Positions 56,049 through 64,000 of a stretch of 64,000 nt of DNA are shown here, piece after piece; position 1 is the stretch's first letter, and every line of letters begins with the position of its first letter. The position numbers were made by a program, and so were the translations under genes. The notes beneath the pieces were generated by a model. The model saw only the letters and a program-made list of their open reading frames with translations. It ran no database searches and had not been told where the DNA came from. This stretch comes from Candidatus Bathyarchaeia archaeon (GTDB lineage Archaea; Thermoproteota; CALKCG01; B24), in the NCBI GenBank assembly GCA_038870975.1, contig JAVZJD010000001.1:672001-736000 (forward strand), written 5' to 3'.

Positions 56049-57179
56049 TTGCCTAGAAAGCTATTCATGACCTTTATGAGAGATTTTTCCGAAAAACTTT
56101 CTAAGTTTAAAGGCTTTATAACAGGTCCTCAGGTCGACGAGTTTTTCAGAGAATTCGACATTAAATTCGGCGCTGGTGTTTGGGCTGCAGGAGATTTCTC
56201 AGATAGATTCAATAGAACCGGCTATTTTCCAGAAATTCCATCCGATTTGAAATCCAAGCTCAAACGTATCCGTGAAGCTGGTATAGAAGGCGTAGCATTA
56301 ATAAATTCCCAATTCGTAAAACCCGATTATTCAATCGACTGGGATCTCGTGAATGAGACCGAGGAATATCTAAGCGAATTCGAGTTGAAGCCTGCTGGTT
56401 TAGCGTTAGATTTATCTGGCTTTCCAAAGTGGAAACTTGGGACCTTAACAAACCCAGATGCACGGCTTAGGGAGGATGCGTTGAATATAATCCTTGAAAG
56501 CTTGGAAATAGCGAAACAGTTGAAAACAGATGTCGCTTCTCTATGGCCTGGTCAGGATGGTTGGGATTACAGTCTAGAAGTTAATTATGGTAAAAGGCTT
56601 GATTGGCTTTATGAAGGATGCTTGACAGTAGCTGAACAAGCTAAACGGCTTGGTTTGACTTTTTCAATAGAGGCTAAGGTTAAAGAGCCTAAAGAGGGAA
56701 ATATGATAATTCCTACTTCTCAATTTGCACTCCTCTTAGCAAAGAGTATAAACGAAAAACTTTGTTGCAAAGCGATGGGTATAACTATAGATTATGGTCA
56801 CGAATTGATGTACGCCGTAGAACCAGCCTTTACAGTTTATGCGGCAAAGAAGTTTGAAGTACCACTGGCAGCTTTCCATATAAACACCGCTAAAACACAC
56901 AGTAATGATGAAGACCGCGTCGTAGGCACGGGAGACTTTTGGACGTTTATAGACTTCCTCTACGCCTCTATAGATATTGGATATAAAGGCTGGATGGTGC
57001 TTGACCAATTCTCGTACAGAATGGATCCTGTTGAAGCTCTAAGGCTTTCCAAGGAGTTCTTCGCGAACTTCTATAAGAAAGCTTTAACCATTTACAATTT
57101 AAAAGATGAATTTGAGAAAGTCCGAGATACTGGCGATCAGGCTAAGATACTGCATTATGTTAAAGGCCTCTTAAATTAA
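56049..57179 (+). CDS. Xylose isomerase-like / L-rhamnose isomerase-like sugar isomerase
   Basis: GAGVW...FSDRF, GTLTNPD..LR, WPGQDGWDY, IEAKVKEP, IDYGH, HIN; start may be ATG 56085. Confidence 0.82.
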   Translation: MPRKLFMTFMRDFSEKLSKFKGFITGPQVDEFFREFDIKFGAGVWAAGDFSDRFNRTGYFPEIPSDLKSKLKRIREAGIEGVALINSQFVKPDYSIDWDLVNETEEYLSEFELKPAGLALDLSGFPKWKLGTLTNPDARLREDALNIILESLEIAKQLKTDVASLWPGQDGWDYSLEVNYGKRLDWLYEGCLTVAEQAKRLGLTFSIEAKVKEPKEGNMIIPTSQFALLLAKSINEKLCCKAMGITIDYGHELMYAVEPAFTVYAAKKFEVPLAAFHINTAKTHSNDEDRVVGTGDFWTFIDFLYASIDIGYKGWMVLDQFSYRMDPVEALRLSKEFFANFYKKALTIYNLKDEFEKVRDTGDQAKILHYVKGLLN

Positions 57180-57369
57180 CGATCCCCTTTCTTTTTTGGT
57201 GATGCATAAAGCTATGTTATACAAAGGGTTTAATTATAATTTCATAGGTTTAGGTCTCCAAAATCCAACATCAAGTTTAGAGAAATACAACTTTATCGTT
57301 TTCATACGCAAAGACTACTGTTATAAAGATCTTTAATGACATCTATTCTAGGTTAGAGCTGATAGAATA

Positions 57370-58215
57370 TTGGTGAGGTCGATTCCAGATATGAAGGAAA
57401 CAATAATAGCTGCTTCAACCCATAACATTAAAAAGCCCTATGCTAATTGGCTTCGAGACATACATTCTCTAGGGTTTCGTTACATTGACGTTGAATTTTT
57501 CAAAATCGTTGATGAGCCATATACTATTGGAGACAGCATAAGTAGGCTAAAATCGATAGAAAGCGATGCGGTACAAGAACTTAAAAACTGGGTTGAAAGT
57601 AGCATGTTGAGAGTTGTTTCATTCGAAGCAGGGGCGCTTTTTGTAGACGATGATAAAAGGCTTAGAAAATCCATTGCCAGAATTCGTGAAGTCATTTCTG
57701 CAGCATTGTCCTTTAAATGCTCGATGGTTACTGTTACCCCTTCATCGTTTAAAGAGGTTGTCTCAAGAGAAGATATCGTCAAGGGTTGTAGAGTTTTAAT
57801 AGATGAATGTGAAAGTTACAACGTTAAACTCGTACTCGAAAACGGTGAAGTAGGCTCGATTAAAATCCTCAGGAAGCCCGAAGACATTAGCTACGTAATC
57901 GAGAGAGTGGATTCGCCGATTCTGGGTGTTTGTGTAGACGTTGCAGCAGCCGCTACCATAGACTTCAACATCGTTTCTTACGTGTCGCGTTTTATAGATC
58001 ATATTGACATAATCCATATAAACGATGTGACAAGAGACCTTAAGTTTAAAAACCTCATAGTAGGGCTAGGCGATCTAAAGTTTGATCCCTTCGTAAGGCT
58101 CGTTAAAAAATACGGCATCCCAATGGTTATAGAAATATACTCTGGTTATGGGCCTGTAGACTTATACCTATGTAAAAGACAGATAGAGAAAATCATCCGA
58201 CAGGTAGACTACTAA
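57370..58215 (+). CDS. Sugar phosphate isomerase/epimerase (AP-endonuclease-2 TIM barrel)
   Basis: VKLVLEN, GVCVDV, IHIND, GLGDLKF, MVIEI; start may be ATG 57391. Confidence 0.78.
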   Translation: MVRSIPDMKETIIAASTHNIKKPYANWLRDIHSLGFRYIDVEFFKIVDEPYTIGDSISRLKSIESDAVQELKNWVESSMLRVVSFEAGALFVDDDKRLRKSIARIREVISAALSFKCSMVTVTPSSFKEVVSREDIVKGCRVLIDECESYNVKLVLENGEVGSIKILRKPEDISYVIERVDSPILGVCVDVAAAATIDFNIVSYVSRFIDHIDIIHINDVTRDLKFKNLIVGLGDLKFDPFVRLVKKYGIPMVIEIYSGYGPVDLYLCKRQIEKIIRQVDY

Positions 58216-58328
58216 GTTAAAATGGACAAAAACCGTTTAGATAATCCCCGTTATTTCTTAAAGAATTAAGTTAGGTTGATGGTATAGGAGACGTAAAAAT
58301 TCTACCTAGCAAACGGACTTTTAATAAG

Positions 58329-58403
58329 TGCGGCTGGCGGGATTTGAACCCGCGATCTGGGGCTTGGGGGGCCCCAATCCTAACCAGACTAGACCACAGC
58401 CGC
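58329..58403 (-). tRNA. tRNA-Gly(CCC), intronless, CCA not encoded
   Basis: GCGGCTG acceptor stem pairing CAGCCGC+A, D arm, GGGGC/GCCCC anticodon stem with loop CCCCCAA, GGTTCAAATCC T arm. Confidence 0.93.
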
Positions 58404-58448
58404 ACAGCCTCTAAAAACTCAAAAATTACTAGAGGGGTTTATTAATTT

Positions 58449-59156
58449 TTAAGAGTTATGGTTCATCAGGTTTCCCGCGTTAGAATCTAGCTTCGTTTGC
58501 CTTCCTTCTTCAATACTTCGCATATAATTGCTATTTATAAGTCGGTATATGGCTTCAGCTTTTGTCTGATTTAATCCTTTAATCTTCATCAGCTCTGCTA
58601 CTGATGCGTTAAAAACTCTCCTGAGGTTTCCAAACTTCTCCAATGCTCTCTCAGCTAATATCGGTCCCATGCCAGGTAGTGATGTTAAAACTTTAATCCT
58701 TTCATCTATTCTTCCGCCAGCCTTTGGAACTGTTATTGGCTGTTTTGACTCTCCTCTTCTAAGCAGTCTCAATGCCACAATGTATATGTGCTCAGCACTC
58801 TGCGTTTTATCATATGCGTATAGAATTGGCACTTCAAAGCCTAGGGATATTGCTGACATGGCTCCTAATACGGCTTTAGTCTTCGTCGTAAACTCGCTTA
58901 TTTTAGCCACGTCCCCCTCTAGCAGTAGAACTGGTTTTTCATAGTGTTCCTTGAGTAATTTAACCTGTTTGAAAAGCCGCCCGTCGAATATAGATGCTAT
59001 AAAGTCTGGCAGAGTCTTACGTTCAAAGGCTACTCTACTCGAAAGTACGTAGTCTCCGACTTCCAAAAGCTCATATACTATTCTAACACCTTTATCCTTT
59101 AATATCGATGGAACTCCTGAATCCCTCTCCCTCTCGTCGACAATTATCCTCATCAT
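58449..59156 (-). CDS. xpf: Short Xpf/ERCC4 structure-specific nuclease with HhH2
   Basis: IIVDERE, LEVGDY, ERKT..DF..SI.DGRLF.Q, LPGMGP HhH. Confidence 0.93.
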   Translation of the reverse strand: MMRIIVDERERDSGVPSILKDKGVRIVYELLEVGDYVLSSRVAFERKTLPDFIASIFDGRLFKQVKLLKEHYEKPVLLLEGDVAKISEFTTKTKAVLGAMSAISLGFEVPILYAYDKTQSAEHIYIVALRLLRRGESKQPITVPKAGGRIDERIKVLTSLPGMGPILAERALEKFGNLRRVFNASVAELMKIKGLNQTKAEAIYRLINSNYMRSIEEGRQTKLDSNAGNLMNHNS

Positions 59157-59192
59157 CGTTATACTATTATTGTAGTCTGATATCTTTTAGGT

Positions 59193-59924
59193 TTATGACC
59201 TTTCTACTCTATTTTTAGTATTTAATCCAAGGTAGAGTCTTCCTAAATCTTCATTTTTAATTATTTCTTCTGAACGTCCAGAGGCTATACATCTACCGGA
59301 GACAAGCACATAGGCTTTATCAGATATCTCTAAGGCCTTTAGAACATTCTGTTCGGCTATTAAAACGGGTATTCCCATGTTCTTTATCTCGCGTATTTTA
59401 GATAAGACAATCGCGACGTTTTTAGGGGAGAGACTGGCTGTAGGTTCGTCTAGCAATAAAAGCTTAGGAGTGCCCATGAGAGCTCTAGCAATCGCTAAAA
59501 GTTGCCTCTCTCCTCCGCTTAAACTATCCGCCTTCCTATTCAATAGGGCTTTAAACTCGGGGAAAACCTCCAAAACCTCGTTAATATGCTTATTTAAGTT
59601 GTTTTTCCGGTTATAAGCACCGATCTCAAGGTTCTCCTTTACAGTTAAACTTCTAAAGACATTGTTGACTTGAGGCACATAGCCTATACCCATCCTCGCT
59701 AGTTTAGTTGCAGAGGCTCCTGTTATGTCGACTCCATTGTAGACTATGCTTCCTTTAAAGACTCTTGTAAACCCCATTATACTTTTGAGAACAGTAGACT
59801 TCCCACTTCCATTTGGTCCGAGTAGAGCGGCTACAGTTCCTCTATCTACTTCTATGCATATATCTTCTACGATAGGCATCCTCCAGTATCCTGCTGTTAG
59901 ATTTGAAACTTCTAAAACCCTCAT
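59193..59924 (-). CDS. livF: Branched-chain amino acid-type ABC transporter ATPase (LivF-like)
   Basis: GPNGSGKST, LSGGERQ, LLDEPT. Confidence 0.9.
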   Translation of the reverse strand: MRVLEVSNLTAGYWRMPIVEDICIEVDRGTVAALLGPNGSGKSTVLKSIMGFTRVFKGSIVYNGVDITGASATKLARMGIGYVPQVNNVFRSLTVKENLEIGAYNRKNNLNKHINEVLEVFPEFKALLNRKADSLSGGERQLLAIARALMGTPKLLLLDEPTASLSPKNVAIVLSKIREIKNMGIPVLIAEQNVLKALEISDKAYVLVSGRCIASGRSEEIIKNEDLGRLYLGLNTKNRVERS

Positions 59925-60685
59925 ATAGATCCCAGGTAAACCTTGATCACGTCCTCATTGTTTATAACGTCGGCGGGTTTTCCCTCGGCTATTATTTTCC
60001 CCTGGTGCATAACATGTACTTTGTCAACATGCTCCATTAGAAGTTCTATTCTATGCTCTACTATGAAAAATGTGACGCCGATTTTTCTCTTAATCTCTCT
60101 AAGTTTCATGTAGATGTCGTTGGCAAGTACCGGATTGACGCCTGCAGTAGGCTCGTCTAGAAGTATCATACTAGGTTGCGACATAAGTGCTCTCGCTATT
60201 TCGAGAAGCTTCATTTGACCTCCGGAAAGTTCAATAGCAGGTGTATAACAGTGTTCTTCCAACCCTAGGAACCCCAATATTTCTAAAGCCCTATCTTTAA
60301 TGTCTTTCTCAAATTTCAACCAATTTCTACGTTTAAACAGCGCTGGAAGAAAACCTTCTCCGGGATTTTTAACGCTTATGAGTAGGTTGTCTAGTACAGT
60401 CATTTTTTGAAGTATCCTAGGTATTTGAAAAGTCCTTACAAGTCCCCTATGGTATATTTGATGTGGCTGTAAGCCGTCTATACGCTCACCATTAAAAATA
60501 ACTTTACCAGAGTCAGGTTTATACACGCCAGTTAAAATGTTGAATAGAGTTGTTTTTCCACTTCCATTAGGACCTATGAGACCAACCATACCCCCCTTTT
60601 CAATGATTAGAGTAACGCCATTGACAGCTATTAAACCTCCAAAATGTTTAACCAAATTGTCGGTGGTTAAGAGCGGCGTATCCAA
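59921..60685 (-). CDS. livG: ABC transporter ATPase (LivG-like)
   Basis: FGGLIAV, GPNGSGKTT, GLVRTFQ, LLDEPTAGVNP, VEH. Confidence 0.92.
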   Translation of the reverse strand: MDTPLLTTDNLVKHFGGLIAVNGVTLIIEKGGMVGLIGPNGSGKTTLFNILTGVYKPDSGKVIFNGERIDGLQPHQIYHRGLVRTFQIPRILQKMTVLDNLLISVKNPGEGFLPALFKRRNWLKFEKDIKDRALEILGFLGLEEHCYTPAIELSGGQMKLLEIARALMSQPSMILLDEPTAGVNPVLANDIYMKLREIKRKIGVTFFIVEHRIELLMEHVDKVHVMHQGKIIAEGKPADVINNEDVIKVYLGSI

Positions 60686-61629
60686 TTTTCCACCTCTATA
60701 AACTTAGACTTTACCATTTTACATAATGGCTTTCGATCAGGCTTAATCTTCTCCCTCAGTAACCCTTGAGGCCTATAGAATACAACTGTTATGACTAGAA
60801 TAGCTGTAAGCATAACCTGTAGGTTCACCGGGTCTAGAGGGAGGTTTAAATAGTCTTTAATTAGCCTAGAAGACCTCTGAAACCCCTCAACCATGAATGC
60901 GCCTAAAATAGCTCCTAGATTGTTAGCTGGACCTCCCAGGATCACCATCATCCATATTGAAAACGTCACTGTCGGCTCAAACATGTATGGGCTTACTGTG
61001 CCGATATACTGGGCGAAAAGGCTCCCGGCTAACCCAGATATAGCTGATCCTAGTGCGAAAACCTGCACTTTGTACTTGAAGACGTTCTTCCCATACGTGG
61101 ATGCTATGAGCTCATCCTCCCTTATGGTTTTCAATACTCTACCATATGGCGATTTAACAATAAGCTCACACAGTAGATAGCATAGTGTGAGAACAGTGTA
61201 TATCAAGACTATCTGGACGATAAGTCTCTCTCTAAACGTTATACCTGGGATTACTACTGCTGGAGGTATTCCGGAAATGCCCCAGACACCTCCAGTGAGC
61301 CACTCTTCATTCTTAACTATAAGCTTCATAACCTCGCCCAAAGTTATCATGGTTATGGCTAGGAAATCCTCCTTAAGCCTTAAAGCGGGAAGAGACGTTA
61401 AAACACCTATTACGCTGGCGGTCAATATGGCTAGTAAGCTGTTAACTATAAACGGATATTTCAGCCCACTCATAATAGCTGTTACATAAGCACCTACCAT
61501 GAAGAAGGCCACTTTTCCAAAGTTGGCTAAATTAGTATAGCCGTATTCTAGGTTTAAGCTTATAGATACTATTCCAAATATACCCGCATATGCGACTGCA
61601 TCCAGTAGATACATGAGTGGATCGGCCAT
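60667..61629 (-). CDS. livM: ABC transporter permease (LivM-like)
   Basis: SLNLEYGYT, DFLAITMI, SPYGRVLKTIREDE, YRPQGL. Confidence 0.9.
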   Translation of the reverse strand: MADPLMYLLDAVAYAGIFGIVSISLNLEYGYTNLANFGKVAFFMVGAYVTAIMSGLKYPFIVNSLLAILTASVIGVLTSLPALRLKEDFLAITMITLGEVMKLIVKNEEWLTGGVWGISGIPPAVVIPGITFRERLIVQIVLIYTVLTLCYLLCELIVKSPYGRVLKTIREDELIASTYGKNVFKYKVQVFALGSAISGLAGSLFAQYIGTVSPYMFEPTVTFSIWMMVILGGPANNLGAILGAFMVEGFQRSSRLIKDYLNLPLDPVNLQVMLTAILVITVVFYRPQGLLREKIKPDRKPLCKMVKSKFIEVENWIRRS

Positions 61630-61630
61630 G

Positions 61631-62530
61631 CTATGCCCTCCTCCTAGCGACAGCTATAAGCCCTTCAGGCTTTAAAATGAGCGTGGCAACAAGTACTATA
61701 AAAGCTACAGCCGACCTATAATCTGCTGAAAGCCCAAGCCAGGTTAAAATCACAACTCCAACGTTTTCAGAGAGTCCTAAGATAAACGATGCTATTAAAA
61801 CGCCGTAGAAACTCCCCACTCCACCTAGAAGTGTTATAGCAAATGTTTGAAGAAGAACCTTCCAGCCTAACAGAGGAACCAGGCTACTTCTCATCGCTAA
61901 GAATATTCCCGAAAAGCCTGCCAAGGCTGCACCTAGACACCAAGTGAATAAACTGACTTTATCCAGGTCTATTCCGGATGCCGCCGCAAGCTCGGGATTG
62001 TCAGCAACGGCTCTAATAGCCTTACCCAACTTAGTCTTTGTAAGCATCATGTGAAGCATAAAAGCTACGACCAGTGCAACTATTAAAATGGCTAAAAGTA
62101 GAGGCGTAGTTACAATGGGGCCTATGGTTATGGTAGGCCACACTATTTTAAAAGATTGTATTCCACCCCCAAAAACCTGCATGAGAAAGTGTCTTATTAG
62201 GAAACCCAACCCTATTGATGACACCATTAGATGGACTAGTGAAGCTCCTCTAGACTTCAGAGGTTTAAATAGTAGAAGGTAGCTTAAACCTCCCATAAGG
62301 GCAGATAAGACTACGGCTAAGCATACAGCCAAATAAATGTCCAGGTGAAATATGATTAGGAATAGAAAGGCCATATATGCTCCAAAAGTGATATACTCAG
62401 CATGTGCAAAATTCGGGAAACGAGATAAACCATATGATAGAGATAAACCTACCGTAGCCAACATGTACATACAACCCCATATAATGGAGTTCATCAAAAC
62501 CTGAAGCCAATTTATCATCATCACCACCAA
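61631..62530 (-). CDS. livH: ABC transporter permease (LivH-like)
   Basis: GLSLSYG..RFPNFAH, TKLGKAIRAVADN.ELA..SGI, LLGGVGS, KPEGL. Confidence 0.9.
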   Translation of the reverse strand: MVVMMINWLQVLMNSIIWGCMYMLATVGLSLSYGLSRFPNFAHAEYITFGAYMAFLFLIIFHLDIYLAVCLAVVLSALMGGLSYLLLFKPLKSRGASLVHLMVSSIGLGFLIRHFLMQVFGGGIQSFKIVWPTITIGPIVTTPLLLAILIVALVVAFMLHMMLTKTKLGKAIRAVADNPELAAASGIDLDKVSLFTWCLGAALAGFSGIFLAMRSSLVPLLGWKVLLQTFAITLLGGVGSFYGVLIASFILGLSENVGVVILTWLGLSADYRSAVAFIVLVATLILKPEGLIAVARRRA

Positions 62531-62547
62531 AAAATAAAGGAGGACGC

Positions 62548-63822
62548 TTAAGGCCAGTAGCCTATGGCTTCAAACTTGTATTCCCCGTCTCTTTTAACCA
62601 CATCCCATATCTCGTACACTTGATATAGCTGGTCACCGTTTTCATCGAAAAGCTTGTAGCCGCTCGCCCCCATGAACGTTTGGCTTACATCTTTAAGAGC
62701 ATCACGTATTTTAGCACCGTCATATTCTCCGGCTTTCGCTATAGCCAATATAGCCATCATGGTAGCGTCGTACGCCGTATCAGCATACATAGAGGGATCT
62801 TCCCCAAATTTCTCTTTGAATTTGCTCTTGAAGACCTCAAAACTTTCAAGTCCAACTGGAGCCGACGGCCTAGTGCCTATACATGCCCTGCTCATGAACT
62901 CTGCTGCCGCTGGGTCTTCAAACATTGGATCACCGTAGATCCCTTCGGCGCAAACCCAAAGTATATTGTCTAAACCCATTTCCAATGCCTGTCTAAACAT
63001 TATTTTTCCATCCTCATAGTAGCCGACGTATAGAACTCCATCTGGCTTCAAATCCTTAACCATCTGTAGTTCGGTTGTAAAATCTAACTTAGCAGGATCA
63101 TACGTTATTGTCTTAATCACCCTCGTTCCCAGTACCTTTCCTGCCTCCTGCATTACTCCAACACCGTATGGATTATTCATAACTAATACTACTATTCTAG
63201 AGGCTCCCTTCTCTACTAGAAGCTCTCCTAATGCCTTACCCTGTAATGTATCGCTTCCAACAGTTCTGAAGATGTAATCGTCTGGAAACTCCGTGGTTAT
63301 ATAGGGTGCTGTGGCAGTTGGAGATATTAAGACAACCTTATGCTCATTGGCATAGCTGCCCATGGCTCTTAGAACACCGCTGGCCATAGGTCCTATAACG
63401 ATTTGACATCCATCCACCTCGACGAGTTTTTTCAAAGCTTCTAAGCCTCTTGTTGCATCAGTGGCGTCGTCTTCAACTATGAGAACTATTCTCCTGCCGG
63501 CTATTCCACCTCTTGAATTGACCTCATCCACGGCTAGTTGAACACCTTTAACTATATTAGCACCCATAGGGCCTAGAAGACCCGTTAAAGACATTATACA
63601 TCCTATTTTAATCTCCCTAGGCAGGACTGGAGAAACTTCTTGAAGGGCTTGCTGTCGCCCCTCAGCTAGCCCGGCTTGCCGCCCCTCATTGTAACCTCTT
63701 TGATAAGCCTCTGAAGTGGCTGCCTGTCCTGCGTAGTAGCCTGCCGCACCAGCTATTATAGCGATGACTACTATGGCAATTAGGGCTATGGATGTGGATA
63801 TTGCTTTACTTTTTCCATTCAT
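62548..63822 (-). CDS. ABC transporter substrate-binding protein (LivK/LivJ-like), N-terminally anchored
   Basis: KAIST class III-like signal plus TM; IKIG..SLTG.L...G, GGIAGR, YIFRT..SD..QG, AYDA. Confidence 0.9.
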   Translation of the reverse strand: MNGKSKAISTSIALIAIVVIAIIAGAAGYYAGQAATSEAYQRGYNEGRQAGLAEGRQQALQEVSPVLPREIKIGCIMSLTGLLGPMGANIVKGVQLAVDEVNSRGGIAGRRIVLIVEDDATDATRGLEALKKLVEVDGCQIVIGPMASGVLRAMGSYANEHKVVLISPTATAPYITTEFPDDYIFRTVGSDTLQGKALGELLVEKGASRIVVLVMNNPYGVGVMQEAGKVLGTRVIKTITYDPAKLDFTTELQMVKDLKPDGVLYVGYYEDGKIMFRQALEMGLDNILWVCAEGIYGDPMFEDPAAAEFMSRACIGTRPSAPVGLESFEVFKSKFKEKFGEDPSMYADTAYDATMMAILAIAKAGEYDGAKIRDALKDVSQTFMGASGYKLFDENGDQLYQVYEIWDVVKRDGEYKFEAIGYWP

Positions 63823-64000
63823 GCGTATATCACCTCTAAAAAAGACCGTAAAAGATTACTTAAAACTCATTTAAATTCTTTACTGTACTTTTAAGTGCTT
63901 TATGGTCTCTTAAAAACTTTTCATAACGATTTCAAGTCAATATTTAGAAACTTTTAATTATTACAACTATCAAAATGAATATGATTGAGAAAGTTATTAA

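Noticed and set aside
58329-58403. tRNA-Gly as attB of the integrase element
   Set aside because: About 38 kb from the element, with no partial tRNA copy seen at its ends
1-64000. CRISPR array, rRNA, inteins in PolB/AtpA/Lhr, viral capsid or conjugation genes
   Set aside because: No regularly spaced repeats, no long GC-rich non-coding tract, normal protein lengths and no recognisable structural or T4SS motifs

Overview
64 kb of AT-rich archaeal chromosome. PolB1, short Xpf, Taw1, Dph5, CTP-dependent riboflavin kinase, an A/V-type ATPase and an F420-binding FrhB/FpoF protein point to a TACK/Thermoproteota-type lineage (inference). Main accessory feature: a ~12.9 kb integrative element (7570-20491) bounded by an exact 15-bp direct repeat, GAAACAGTTAAATCT, which overlaps the stop codon of an RsmB/NOP2 m5C methyltransferase gene rather than a tRNA. 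It carries a Zn-ribbon tyrosine integrase, an RHH protein, a structured non-coding element, a PriS-PriL(CTD)-like primase fusion, a large P-loop ATPase/helicase with internal inverted iteron arrays, a divergent HTH switch, an orphan PD-(D/E)XK nuclease, two glycoside hydrolases and an OPT-like transporter. The backbone holds tRNA/translation-modification and flavin genes, Mg/K transport genes and an Lhr helicase. It also has a complex I-like membrane-arm operon (A,H,J,J,K plus 3 antiporter subunits) lacking B/C/D/I, divergent from frhB/fpoF, plus an ATP synthase cluster scrambled over both strands, sugar-catabolism genes, tRNA-Gly(CCC), Xpf and a Liv-type ABC transporter. Several sites have C where T is expected: ACG at the apparent starts of atpD, the OPT gene and mgtE, and C33 in tRNA-Gly. 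These hint at non-canonical initiation or C-to-U editing. No CRISPR array or rRNA was seen. All calls come from reading motifs by eye; no database searches were run.
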